The position numbers and the translations under genes are program-made. The notes beneath the pieces were generated by a model. That model was not told where the DNA came from and did not search any database. It worked only from the letters and a program-made list of their open reading frames with translations. This document shows, in pieces, positions 18,201-25,074 of a DNA stretch of 64,000 bases (positions are counted from its first letter, which is position 1; every line of letters begins with the position of its first letter). The stretch lies in the IMG/VR virus record IMGVR_UViG_3300045988_066341; one strand, given 5' to 3'. The stretch comes from a virus.

Positions 18201-18809
18201 CTTATACCCATGGTAATGATACCAAAAATCACCATCATCATCCGGATTAAGAGCCTTATCGACCATAACATATCGCTGGGGATTATATCCATCGGTCCAG
18301 TATATCACCTTCCCGCATTTCTCGTCCTTGATCTCTATATCGAAGATCGGATGATGAATGGAGAAATTAAGACAAGGGTCATCAACCCAGTCCTCTATCA
18401 GGATCTCCATCAAATCACATATCTCATCAAAACGACCATCCGACTCCTCAAGCCTCTCGCCAAGGATACGATGGATGTCCTTTCCCGATCCAGCCAATTG
18501 ATCCTCCACGGTCTTGATATAATCCAATGACCGCATGAACGTGATCTTAGACGTATTATCATCCGGATTGGATAGAAAGAAATAAGTGTTATCACCAGCT
18601 ATGTCATTCTTATACCCAATAACCTTATAGCCATCAAATCGCTTACATAAAAGGGTACTAGGCTCGTTCTGGATCTTAAGCTGGCTTCCATCGTCACCCT
18701 CTATGGTAGCGTTCAAGGCGAAACTATATTCAGACGGGGATAGATCCTGTGGATGCTTATCCCTGTTCATCCCGGAGTCGGGAACCGCTATGTTAGAGTT
18801 ATTTTGCAC
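12291..18809 (-). CDS. giant virion structural protein (about 2170 aa), function unresolved
   Basis: One uninterrupted ORF. I place the start at GTG 18809, 17 nt below a TATATTTG box, with ATG 18770 as the alternative. ATG 18854 in the track lies upstream of that promoter, in IS-flanking DNA. Confidence 0.7.
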   Translation of the reverse strand: MQNNSNIAVPDSGMNRDKHPQDLSPSEYSFALNATIEGDDGSQLKIQNEPSTLLCKRFDGYKVIGYKNDIAGDNTYFFLSNPDDNTSKITFMRSLDYIKTVEDQLAGSGKDIHRILGERLEESDGRFDEICDLMEILIEDWVDDPCLNFSIHHPIFDIEIKDEKCGKVIYWTDGYNPQRYVMVDKALNPDDDGDFWYHYHGYKTCGDDKPIERCRLACEKLLVFPLLTVPCVEPEVVEFGGSLRAGTYQFCVALCDEFGIEKTGYCSLTNPIMLFDRQDMVIRDGLWGKSTNMGIRLTVSNIDKQVSHYKIGVIQNTVGFNGEQSPVLEYFIEGIHPITERTIYYLTDQYSERTTMEKLSKEIPVYKTARGMTSVGNRLLQYGLTVENEWNLQPVVNFLGHFVKWQTSIATENLYKDGVACSKYASFMRDEVYPLGIRFFTNTGYRTARFPLIPRPATREEMEVIVDEDGNSDDLSAASVLENNPQCAGNSRRHLWQFKNTAKIINDPSWGFDDFGGECKNQLDVKQLRYVEQEYATVGETQFVINTMGEDVTVDDVIDYIADNIENLCDLIESNVGITDELCAAISLPEDQDGIKAPDFPSGCDNIERIETRTILDKNSLVDSRIDFTYKLASDYVETEPTTLIQSNAESQRKFSVLCDFDNYSSGGKNIIDLVQEWLDGQDEDKFPSDIDSSALVLCQDMSNVRQLYDEGICTNGCSVGDPHVNPTINDVQLPTFQGGRSLGKCTYLYQYPGWEGKKHTETMLDQLMDTMEAYFPQYESQFGIENAMCLFGDGDNSKFNTGITTDWEGRVSMQNDIDAKTNWFGRSNLTYFKFYPHVSSYARWVELDYEKYISGLSDPDNGIMYIEMMGNYNYPIGDSSSYNKVRITFFSDKEGTVAPNPLANDAKKGVIVNYVDHKIFMMPKYLFWNDDKTTFHKIYVCIEPAVCVFFTGFAMRQDMKELAGFYTAGTAIFPAPFCFGIRPLEVKYVFFFTKELKLRRFVTYEAKCISCGDKPADCAPRPYQYGDFGYWESTNKYPANFELYDSSKIGISSGGSKRKDIIDSLMKYYGSPKSVGGKSYFTGNGGNAEYPNTSTTFCQRPIRHYKFPDNSVAPFMGNPSQLTGQYGVDSYIYPMGVMLDDDIVNEFLDIAVENGLIDKVRRDSIIGYELYRGDRTLDKSVIGTGLAYDMFKYDDPDGSANLYPNYPYNDLSDDMYIYKDINREKFITHPFNRRGNIWYSFLSPDIAFNKPDAPTECLVDGYQLGKSSGIFREVEDHPKWTILGSKAYSMATSLATVEAMANLISAIAEYTYQSASQQYVGGGVFFLANPVGIALTAIRLATGIAKATAQSVVDIGKYRYQWLTALIDRGPRRNYAYYYTSVAHYNLFYQKIGESELRGLSTAKYIKSGLYPVTDISSQGETVGGKPIIINNLDREHSLFMSFGMDKYMLEYPELVSSYDTSRIQDECNIRNDEVAGMTPHFMTRESFVSCPYMRIKKYSPAQYGQIEDIRWVSLGGCGLMDKDKRKPVFGGDVFISRFSLKRKMPMFYLTQFGQGDMIPFPYYDYRNIGYPRYFVNYDTGEDYLNKTDTDTGSLYSFPSRKSAYEMVCKTGDMYLSGRFFLYFYGIPQFLVESEINCNFRIAGPEPYEGFYPEVGDYISWTQERNVPISRDNVFKISPVYKNRFTLGGRSLPETYDSNFWDCAYQRPNGVIWSTADVSENGMTDPWLSYKPMDYHEFKTSFGKLISMKGIESDQILARFENQVGLYNAIDVLAERISPESSELGTGGLFASRGIEYNNTTLGYSGTQSRDMISCEFGHFWVDLRRGQVFKVDSNGRNLTEVTPGLRNWFNEHLQMKIIRSRIYNADTDAELSYYDIDNKFFGIGLSMGWDNRFKRVLITKKDYIPVGNPSEYQFRGGRFYRNGQAVELQDASHFTDVSFTVGYNCLKGEWKSYLSYTPDYYIEHQHYFQSGKNYSSESQEIGLWSHGLTNQSYQVFYGKLYPFVIEVPVREQYVNKILTNYQYRMDARRYQDEVNYQILRTTGFNKAWFYNDTNNSGELRMVIADKNDMSQRLRYPVTNDDSREILVTEVDQKININDYFNEVKDDTNNLPVWIKDVNDIDRKIDPRAVDYHRRWRDRLRGDWFLARFVNDIESRFKMIVRWFSNEEKVY

Positions 18810-18825
18810 GACATTATCTTTTTCG

Positions 18826-18833
18826 CAAATATA
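18826..18833 (-). promoter_or_regulatory. -7 promoter box (TATATTTG) for the giant gene
   Basis: TAnnTTTG on the minus strand, 17 nt upstream of GTG 18809. Confidence 0.45.
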
Positions 18834-18839
18834 ACAAAT

Positions 18840-19050
18840 CCTGCGGATAATCACTTATGTGGCGGATTCTATTGACATACTCCCATCACTAAAGCAAATG
18901 GGATTCTTGGATACAGACGCAAGAAACCCCGATATTACTATCGCTGGAATTACTCTTGCTCTCCAATTCGGAAATGCCCTTCCGAAGTATATTACGGGCC
19001 GCAAGAACATCACGGTCGTTGATAGACTCGCATTTTGGACAACACCATGT
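18840..19050 (-). ncRNA. predicted omega-RNA (reRNA) region of the TnpB element; boundaries not resolved
   Basis: Position only. TnpB guide RNAs are encoded across the 3' end of tnpB and the right transposon end. I cannot define the scaffold by eye. Confidence 0.25.
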
Positions 19051-20028
19051 GCGATCTCTCAACGACAAGTTTTTATTAACAAACCCGCATTCACAAGTCT
19101 TTGAGGAAGGATACCATTTGTCAATCTTATGTACTATCACTCCATACTTTGAAGCGATATACGTAAGTTTGTTAATAAAAGAAGAATGACTGAGATCAGA
19201 AACTTTCTTTCCCCACAAACGTTTCATTCCTTCAATGTTTAGATCTTCAATGAAAATATAATCATATCGCTTGCACAATTCATGAGCTAATTTCCATTGA
19301 AAATCAGATCGAAAATCGTTTATTTTACGATACGCTTGTTGAAGTTCAAACAGTCTTCTTTTTCTATTATTGGATCCTTTCTTCGCATTAGAAAACTTTC
19401 TATTTAGTTTTCTAATCTTGTTTTGATATTGCTTGAAGAATAATGGAGACCCAATTTTGTTACCATCACTTTTAGTTAGGTAAGTTTTCAGACCAAAATC
19501 CAATCCTACAGATGCACCATCATATGTCTTTCTGTAAGAGTTTGCAGGATTGTAATCTGTAACTATAATCAAACTAAAACGATAGCAGGTTTCTCTGACT
19601 ATTCTTATTTGTTTAACATTACCTTCATATGCTCTACTGTATGAAAACTTAAAACGTTTCTTTCCTTTGTTGATTGTGAGAATATTACCATTTAGAGTAA
19701 ACCCTCCTTGTTTAAAAACAAAAGAGTTGAAACAATCTGATCTTTTAAACTTAGGTGGTCTCTTTGATTTTCTTTTAAAGAAACGATTATAAGATTCATC
19801 AAGACGTTCAAGTATTTCTTGTGTTGTTTGAGAATGAAGAAGATTTCTTTTAATTCTTTTAGCAAAATGCTTCTTCATTTTACCAATTGAGATATATTTC
19901 CCAAACAGTTTATAGTATCTACGTTGTAGAGCTAAAGCATGATTCCATACAAAACAACATTCACGAAGCATTTTATCAAGATACTTCGTTTTCTTGGATC
20001 TGTATATATTATATTTGTAGGAAATCAT
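18889..20028 (-). CDS. tnpB: TnpB RNA-guided endonuclease (IS200/IS605 accessory protein, OrfB)
   Basis: RuvC triad contexts are SVGLDFGLK, YIFIEDLNIEG and NDRDVLAARNI. The zinc finger is CECG...CCPKC. N-terminus and length (379 aa) are typical. Confidence 0.9.
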   Translation of the reverse strand: MISYKYNIYRSKKTKYLDKMLRECCFVWNHALALQRRYYKLFGKYISIGKMKKHFAKRIKRNLLHSQTTQEILERLDESYNRFFKRKSKRPPKFKRSDCFNSFVFKQGGFTLNGNILTINKGKKRFKFSYSRAYEGNVKQIRIVRETCYRFSLIIVTDYNPANSYRKTYDGASVGLDFGLKTYLTKSDGNKIGSPLFFKQYQNKIRKLNRKFSNAKKGSNNRKRRLFELQQAYRKINDFRSDFQWKLAHELCKRYDYIFIEDLNIEGMKRLWGKKVSDLSHSSFINKLTYIASKYGVIVHKIDKWYPSSKTCECGFVNKNLSLRDRTWCCPKCESINDRDVLAARNILRKGISELESKSNSSDSNIGVSCVCIQESHLL

Positions 20029-20115
20029 TTTTTTATTTGTAATTTTGATTCAAAATTAATCAAACCAATTCATCCACCTTCTAAAGTATGGTGGTTTTGT
20101 TGGTTAAATAATCAT

Positions 20116-20149
20116 AAAAAATCCTCCAGACTTTCACAAGTCAGGAGGA
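20116..20149 (-). terminator. rho-independent terminator after gene 20197..20697
   Basis: Stem TCCTCCAGAC/GTCAGGAGGA (9 of 10 pairs) with an 8-nt loop, followed on the minus strand by T6. Confidence 0.55.
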
Positions 20150-20196
20150 GAACTAAATACTTTTAAACGCTCGTGTAAAGTACAAAAACACAACAA

Positions 20197-20697
20197 TTAC
20201 AAATTTTTACCCATGTAGTTCGATTGCTTATCGGCATCCTCTACAGATATGTAAAAGAAACCGTTAGTCACGTATCTCTCATTGACATCCACAAAATCAG
20301 TAGATCCTTTGTCCACTCCTTTCTTCGATCCCTCATCACACACAGCTACCAGACTATTAAAGTCATTGGAATAACCAACGACAACACCATGTATGTCACG
20401 ATTCCGAGGATCGAATACGTACCTCATCTTACATCTGTCATAAGCTAACTCTAAAGAGCTTTTGCTTAACCTCTCATCTAATCCAGCACCCGCTACCAAG
20501 GCCAAAACGCTCTTTGATATGTCACTCATGGTGGTATCCTTGGTCGGAGCCTTAGGCATAGAAACGCCTTCCATGACAAAATCCAACGCCTTATCTACAA
20601 GACCATCGAAATCATCATCTCTTATATAATCCTTAAGTACCTCCAGTATATATAACCGGACATGGAGTTCGTTATTTACATCATTCAATGTGACCAT
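20197..20697 (-). CDS. hypothetical protein, 166 aa
   Basis: Start moved to ATG 20697 (MVTLNDVNNEL...), 16 nt below a TAGCTTTG box. The track start 20736 lies upstream of that box. Confidence 0.5.
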   Translation of the reverse strand: MVTLNDVNNELHVRLYILEVLKDYIRDDDFDGLVDKALDFVMEGVSMPKAPTKDTTMSDISKSVLALVAGAGLDERLSKSSLELAYDRCKMRYVFDPRNRDIHGVVVGYSNDFNSLVAVCDEGSKKGVDKGSTDFVDVNERYVTNGFFYISVEDADKQSNYMGKNL

Positions 20698-20712
20698 AAT
20701 ACTAGTTTTCGG

Positions 20713-20720
20713 CAAAGCTA
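20713..20720 (-). promoter_or_regulatory. -7 promoter box (TAGCTTTG)
   Basis: TAnnTTTG on the minus strand, 16 nt upstream of ATG 20697. Confidence 0.4.
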
Positions 20721-20768
20721 GATTATTCCTGCGCAATAAAAGATCAAATATGTCATAAGTAAAGGACT

Positions 20769-20808
20769 AAAAAACAAAAAAACTCCCCCATCCTCACGGA
20801 CGAGAGAG
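20769..20808 (-). terminator. rho-independent terminator after 20841..21560
   Basis: On the minus strand there is an 11-bp stem (including G.U pairs) capped by a GTGA tetraloop, then TTTTTTGTTTTT. Confidence 0.6.
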
Positions 20809-20840
20809 CTGATAGATATTTGTATTATGAAAAAGAATAA

Positions 20841-21560
20841 TTACTCACCTATTCTTACAATACAGTCACGAGACTCCTTGTTGTAGATCATCGTGCCTAC
20901 CTTAGAATACAAGGTCTTTATATTTTGCCAATTATCCTCACCATGAGCGGATACGTTAGTGGGAGCGTCACCGGTATAAACCTCCTCGCCTCCGATATTG
21001 ACAAAATCATATCCACGTTTCTCCATAGAACCGCCCTTATATGCCGTGAACCTGATAGTGACATCACCTTTCTCACGACCACCATACCAGTTACCGTATA
21101 TACTGCATCTGATCTCAAGAGGTAATTTATCATAATTATCACCATCCAACAACGGTCCCATCTGGATCAAAGCTGCCTCATTACCCGATTCCATGTTATC
21201 ACCACCATGGATGAGATAATCACCTACCCGTTCCTGCGTGGTCTGGTACTGTTTACTCCAACCAACCAGCTTGCCGTCAACATCCGGGAGGCCGGTGTTA
21301 TCGAAACCGGTAGCCGTGTCAAAGTCAATGCCGTCCTCGTCAGCCCAGATATACCTAAGCACTAGGTAGTCGAACTCCGGGATAATAACCACCGGGACCG
21401 ACTCCTGCCTGCACACGAACGTCTTCTCCTCCTTGGTGCCTTCTTTTATAACCTTGTACGTAGCCTGACGTATCTCTCCAGTCTCATTGATATCAGCGGT
21501 AACCCTAACCTCAGCAGGTCCGGTACCACTTGTCTTATCTAAATGTATCCAATCAGCCAT
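20841..21560 (-). CDS. BACON-like domain virion protein sharing a domain with the 799-aa fibre protein
   Basis: The N-terminus ADWIHLDKTSGTGPAEVRVTADINETGEIRQATYKV is BACON-like. The rest aligns with the central part of 44518..46917 (VGW...GGDN..SG.E...YKGG[ST]M...GY[DN]F[VI]N.GG..VY). Confidence 0.55.
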   Translation of the reverse strand: MADWIHLDKTSGTGPAEVRVTADINETGEIRQATYKVIKEGTKEEKTFVCRQESVPVVIIPEFDYLVLRYIWADEDGIDFDTATGFDNTGLPDVDGKLVGWSKQYQTTQERVGDYLIHGGDNMESGNEAALIQMGPLLDGDNYDKLPLEIRCSIYGNWYGGREKGDVTIRFTAYKGGSMEKRGYDFVNIGGEEVYTGDAPTNVSAHGEDNWQNIKTLYSKVGTMIYNKESRDCIVRIGE

Positions 21561-21574
21561 ATCATCGTATTTTG

Positions 21575-22459
21575 TTAAACCAGTTTAATATACTTATCAA
21601 AAGCGTTGGGCCACATACGCTCATAAGACAGCATCCTCCTCCTATTATCCTCAGCCAGCTCCCGGTAATCATTCAAGGTAATCATCGACATCTTAAGCTC
21701 TTTCATGGCCCTAGCGAACTTACCCGGCTCCTGCTGGGCGTATAGTTTATAAGCATCACCAGCCCCTTGTATCAAACCGTTAACGGCGGCGTTCTCGAAG
21801 ATCTTCATCTTGATATACGTCTCGACATAATCCTCAAGATAACCTAACGCCGTTTCAGGTATATACGGGAGACCGTCATCATCCTTGGGTGTAGCACGAT
21901 ATATGATGTAAATAAATCCATCAAACCCAGTATACATAGTATTGCCAGATATAGTTATATCATAATTATCCCAAGCATATTTATCCCGATACTTGTCGGA
22001 GGCGCAATCACGTCTCAACCCACGACCTATAGACAGCCTTACGGGGTGATGGTAATGGAAGCGAACCTCGTGAGACCCGATATATAGCTTCTCCGTGATC
22101 GTCTTCTCAAACTCCTCCTTACAGCACTCCGTGCAGGAGTTCCAACGGAAGCCGCGCTCGGTGCGCTCGACCCAGCCGATCTCGTGTTGGAGGTCAGCCT
22201 TAGCCTTATCGCCCCCCGGAATCTCACAGACAAGAGGCTCACACCTATAGGCGTCAAGCATGTCGAAGAAATCGGAAGGTAATACCGCCTGTTTGTTGCT
22301 GGTCTTGACAATCGCCTCGGACATGACGGCTATAACACCCCCAAACCTTTTTAAAGCGATCTCAGCCCACCTATAAACAGATGAGGTATCTATAGCCCCG
22401 CTATCATCGTATTTATGTAAATCGGCCTTGATCTCGGCCAATAAGCCCTTTATCGTCAT
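21575..22459 (-). CDS. hypothetical virion-module protein, 294 aa
   Basis: Start moved to ATG 22459 (MTIKGLLAEIK...), 17 nt below a TATCTTTG box. The track's 5' extension runs through the upstream terminator. Confidence 0.55.
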   Translation of the reverse strand: MTIKGLLAEIKADLHKYDDSGAIDTSSVYRWAEIALKRFGGVIAVMSEAIVKTSNKQAVLPSDFFDMLDAYRCEPLVCEIPGGDKAKADLQHEIGWVERTERGFRWNSCTECCKEEFEKTITEKLYIGSHEVRFHYHHPVRLSIGRGLRRDCASDKYRDKYAWDNYDITISGNTMYTGFDGFIYIIYRATPKDDDGLPYIPETALGYLEDYVETYIKMKIFENAAVNGLIQGAGDAYKLYAQQEPGKFARAMKELKMSMITLNDYRELAEDNRRRMLSYERMWPNAFDKYIKLV

Positions 22460-22475
22460 ATTTAAGTCTTTTGCA

Positions 22476-22483
22476 CAAAGATA
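22476..22483 (-). promoter_or_regulatory. -7 promoter box (TATCTTTG)
   Basis: TAnnTTTG on the minus strand, 17 nt upstream of ATG 22459. Confidence 0.5.
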
Positions 22484-22502
22484 TGTATTTGAATCCGTGA
22501 TA

Positions 22503-22540
22503 CAAAAAAAATCCAGTCTACCCTCACGGGCTAACTGGAT
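22503..22540 (-). terminator. rho-independent terminator after 22552..23019
   Basis: Stem ATCCAGT/ACTGGAT plus an inner CCC/GGG stem with a GTGA loop on the minus strand, followed by T8. Confidence 0.55.
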
Positions 22541-22551
22541 CACAAAAACTT

Positions 22552-23019
22552 CTACAGTTTGTAAACCCATTTAACTCCAAATACCTTACTCTCCGATTCA
22601 ACCTCCCGGTACAAGAACTTATATCTCCTACCTGATTCCATAGCCAACCTACACTCCCTGTTCAACGCCGGAGAAATATAGAGATGGAAATACTTGTTCC
22701 GAGGCATAAAATCAATACACGTATGGACATAAGAATATCCACCCGTTCCACGTCTGTTAATAGTACCGGTAAGCTTATTTAGATATATCTTACGATTAGG
22801 ATTTATCTTATGGCACAGATAACCGATGTTGTTTATATAAACCCCACCCTCATTCTCCAGATACTTATCACGTATGGCCCTCCATATCAAGGACTGGCAT
22901 TCGAGAATATCATTCTTGTCCACGATCGTATGTTTCCTTCTCTTGCCGTTCTTAGACATAATAGATCTATAAAAACGGAGAAAGTACTGATCAAGTATTT
23001 TAAATGACTTTGTTTTCAT
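22552..23019 (-). CDS. hypothetical protein, 155 aa
   Basis: ORF only, with no motif I recognise. TATATTTG at 23024..23031 sits only 5 nt from the ATG, so the transcript may be leaderless. Confidence 0.45.
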   Translation of the reverse strand: MKTKSFKILDQYFLRFYRSIMSKNGKRRKHTIVDKNDILECQSLIWRAIRDKYLENEGGVYINNIGYLCHKINPNRKIYLNKLTGTINRRGTGGYSYVHTCIDFMPRNKYFHLYISPALNRECRLAMESGRRYKFLYREVESESKVFGVKWVYKL

Positions 23020-23081
23020 ATCACAAATATAACGATTTCATCCTAATACAAGAAATTTATACACAAAAATATACCGCCTGC

Positions 23082-23177
23082 ACCAAGGACGAGGCAAACA
23101 GAATAGCCGACAGCAACCTACAGTCAGACGGTATCTCTTACGCTAATGGCTTGGCGCAGGCCGATAGATGCGATTGC
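23082..23177 (+). repeat. inverted repeat copy A of the cassette-switch site
   Basis: 96 nt with 6 mismatches to the reverse complement of 25366..25461. The last 43 nt are identical. Confidence 0.9.
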
Positions 23178-23450
23178 CTCGAAACATGGAGCGCTTACGC
23201 TAGCGGAAGTTTTAATGGACAATGCTTAAGTATATCCGTAAGTTATGATAATCCATGTGGTAAATCTAAAACAGCATCATTTGATGTATATTATACTAGA
23301 TCTGAACCATCTGGAGATGTAGAATATTTCTCTACCACTAAAACAGTCACCATACCATCCGGATCGGGAACGGTATCAGGCGGAAGTGATTGTGTTAGCA
23401 ATGCTACAAGCATGTATGTATCTAATCCAAGTCAAGGTGGAGGCTGTTAA
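23178..23450 (+). other. silent alternative C-terminal tip cassette A (90 aa, no start of its own)
   Basis: Encodes LETWSAYASGSFNGQCLSISVSYDNPCGKS...TVTIPSGSGTVSGG...SQGGGC, in frame with repeat copy A. It is homologous to, but highly diverged from, the expressed tip at 25078..25365. Confidence 0.75.
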
Positions 23451-23454
23451 AAAC

Positions 23455-23486
23455 AAAAAGGAGAGGTTGATTATCCTCTCCTTTTT
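23455..23486. terminator. bidirectional terminator hairpin attached to cassette A
   Basis: AAAAAGGAGAGG, an 8-nt loop, then CCTCTCCTTTTT. The arms are identical to those of the hairpin at 25027..25058. Confidence 0.65.
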
Positions 23487-23757
23487 ATATAAACCTAAGA
23501 TCTTTTCTATTAGTATGATTTAATATCCTACTAATATGTCTGGTACTTAATCCCGTTCTTTCCTTTATCTTATCATAGATATAACCCTTGGATACGTAAG
23601 CTGATATATCCCCAAGATCCTTTATGATCTTGTCATACATATCGTGCACCTCATTATATCTTATGATAGAGCTGTCTCTCATCCCTCTTTCGCCTATACC
23701 GTCAACTATGGCGTCATTGAAACCAAAGAAATTGATTATTGATCTTATTAGATTCAT
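23485..23757 (-). CDS. small helix-turn-helix protein, 90 aa, inside the invertible segment
   Basis: Start placed at ATG 23757, directly after the upstream stop. The C-terminal ERTGLSTRHISRILNH looks like an HTH. Confidence 0.45.
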   Translation of the reverse strand: MNLIRSIINFFGFNDAIVDGIGERGMRDSSIIRYNEVHDMYDKIIKDLGDISAYVSKGYIYDKIKERTGLSTRHISRILNHTNRKDLRFI

Positions 23758-23758
23758 G

Positions 23759-24454
23759 TTATTGAATTTTTTGTGTTTTCTTATTAATATCCATATCCGG
23801 GTTCTCATCCGTAGGGATCTGCAATTTGGTTACAGTTTCCCTTAATGTTTCGGAAACCACATATTCAAGAAGTTTGTCTGGGCATATGAAATCATAATCC
23901 CATTGAGATGTACATGGCTTATCTTTTTCAGCTCCACATCCCCCTAGCTCTAACGCCGCTTTTCTGTCGAGAGTTATAAGATCAACATTTATAGCCTCTA
24001 TGTTAATATCTGGTATATAGATATATCCATCATTGACATAATAATAGTATTGATCTATATTCCCGTATTTACGTTCCTTGTTGTTAGCGTATTTTCTTAA
24101 CGATATGGAGGTAAATATAATATCATCCATGATATTTGATACTTTGATGATAGCCGGACCTATACGGGTATATATCATATCGGGCAATCTTTTCTTGGAT
24201 CTCATAAGTATCCTGCATAGTTTAAACTCATCAAAACAACAATCAATTTTCCGAACCCTCTCCATCTCCATGCAATTGATATGAGTATACAGTGATTCCT
24301 CGCCGAACAAGGTTCCATCAGCATACTTCTGGGCTATATATGATCTTGCCTTTTGTCTTCCTATGGATAATATCCATCTCCTACTGACATGAGCGTCCTT
24401 ATTGATGGAGTTCATATCATTTATGATTCTAGATACAAATTCTGAATTTTTCAT
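23759..24454 (-). CDS. hypothetical virion-module protein, 231 aa
   Basis: ORF only, with no recombinase motifs. Confidence 0.5.
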   Translation of the reverse strand: MKNSEFVSRIINDMNSINKDAHVSRRWILSIGRQKARSYIAQKYADGTLFGEESLYTHINCMEMERVRKIDCCFDEFKLCRILMRSKKRLPDMIYTRIGPAIIKVSNIMDDIIFTSISLRKYANNKERKYGNIDQYYYYVNDGYIYIPDINIEAINVDLITLDRKAALELGGCGAEKDKPCTSQWDYDFICPDKLLEYVVSETLRETVTKLQIPTDENPDMDINKKTQKIQ

Positions 24455-24492
24455 ATGCTAAATACTGAGGAGGGGATATACCCCTCCGGTTA

Positions 24493-24594
24493 TTACTTCT
24501 TTTTCTTAACCTTGCCTCCACATTTCAGTTGAGGTTTCTTTTTCTCGGAGACCTTGCCTCCATTAGCCATTTTCTTTTTCTTATTGCAAGCCAT
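24493..24594 (-). CDS. possible Lys-rich micropeptide, 33 aa
   Basis: Hand translation MACNKKKKMANGGKVSEKKKPQLKCGGKVKKKK. It is followed by the hairpin GGAGGGG/CCCCTCC. Support is weak. Confidence 0.2.
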   Translation of the reverse strand: MACNKKKKMANGGKVSEKKKPQLKCGGKVKKKK

Positions 24595-24682
24595 AACTTA
24601 ATGTATTAATATTAACGATACAATATTAATGATTTTAATTAATAGATAAACAATACGCATTGAATAAGCTAAATTCACATCA

Positions 24683-24738
24683 AGTCAGACGGCACCTCTT
24701 ACGCTAATGGCTTGGCGCAGGCGGATAGATGTGATTGT
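24683..24738 (+). repeat. inverted repeat copy B of the cassette-switch site
   Basis: 56 nt with 3 mismatches to the reverse complement of 25366..25421. The first 40 nt are identical. Confidence 0.9.
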
Positions 24739-25011
24739 CCACAAAATTGGAGTGCCAACGTGGTAGACTACAGTGAAAGCGGAAGTTGTATTAACTTTAC
24801 TGTGGAATACAGTAATCCGTGTAGTTCCAGCAAAACCATAACAGTGACAGGAGGAGCGGAAGCGAATACCTCCACGGGTATGGAGATGACCACTAGTACT
24901 ACGGTTACGATAGGTACTGGTAGTGGATCTACTAGTGGTAGAATGTGTTTTCAAGCGGCCATAAGACCAGGAACGGCGCATGCGGCTTGTACCACAGGTG
25001 GACAATGCTGA
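24739..25011 (+). other. silent alternative C-terminal tip cassette B (90 aa, no start of its own)
   Basis: Encodes PQNWSANVVDYSESGSCINFTVEYSNPCSS...TVTIGTGSGSTSG...TTGGQC. The frame opens only 4 codons before the repeat, just after a TAA. Confidence 0.75.
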
Positions 25012-25026
25012 TAATGTATATACAAT

Positions 25027-25058
25027 AAAAAGGAGAGGTTAGTTAGCCTCTCCTTTTT
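25027..25058. terminator. bidirectional terminator shared by the expressed gene and cassette B
   Basis: AAAAAGGAGAGG, an 8-nt loop, then CCTCTCCTTTTT, lying between convergent stops 25011 (+) and 25075 (-). Confidence 0.65.
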
Positions 25059-25074
25059 ATTATATATCAGACTC

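Larger units (their letters stand above)
18840..20113 (-). mobile_element. TnpB-only IS200/IS605-family insertion (no tnpA); approximate ends
   Basis: tnpB sits alone between a phage terminator (20116..20149) and the promoter of the giant gene. AT-rich hairpins at 20044..20064 and 20074..20094 are candidate left-end structures. Confidence 0.55.

Noticed and set aside
12291-18854. The giant protein as the crAss-like virion RNA polymerase.
   Set aside because: The only DxDGD-like string (DDDGD) is near the N-terminus, without the usual surrounding context, and I recognise no second DPBB signature. The size similarity alone is not evidence.
20122-20149. The hairpin TCCTCCAGAC/GTCAGGAGGA as the left-end structure of the IS.
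   Set aside because: On the minus strand it is followed by T6 and lies 48 nt after the stop of 20197..20697, so a phage terminator is the simpler reading. The true IS left end is probably between 20029 and 20113.
21575-22570. The 5' extensions of three ORF-track entries (21575..22570, 20197..20736 and 12291..18854).
   Set aside because: The extensions run through terminator hairpins or lie upstream of the TAnnTTTG box that sits 16-17 nt from an internal start codon. I chose the shorter versions.
23004-23450. The ORF-track entries 23004..23450 and 24712..25011 as independent plus-strand genes.
   Set aside because: Their listed starts are fortuitous. The first is an ATG in the divergent promoter region of 22552..23019, and the second is a TTG inside the repeat. 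No TAnnTTTG box precedes either. Homology to the expressed gene begins abruptly at the repeat. I treat them as silent cassettes.
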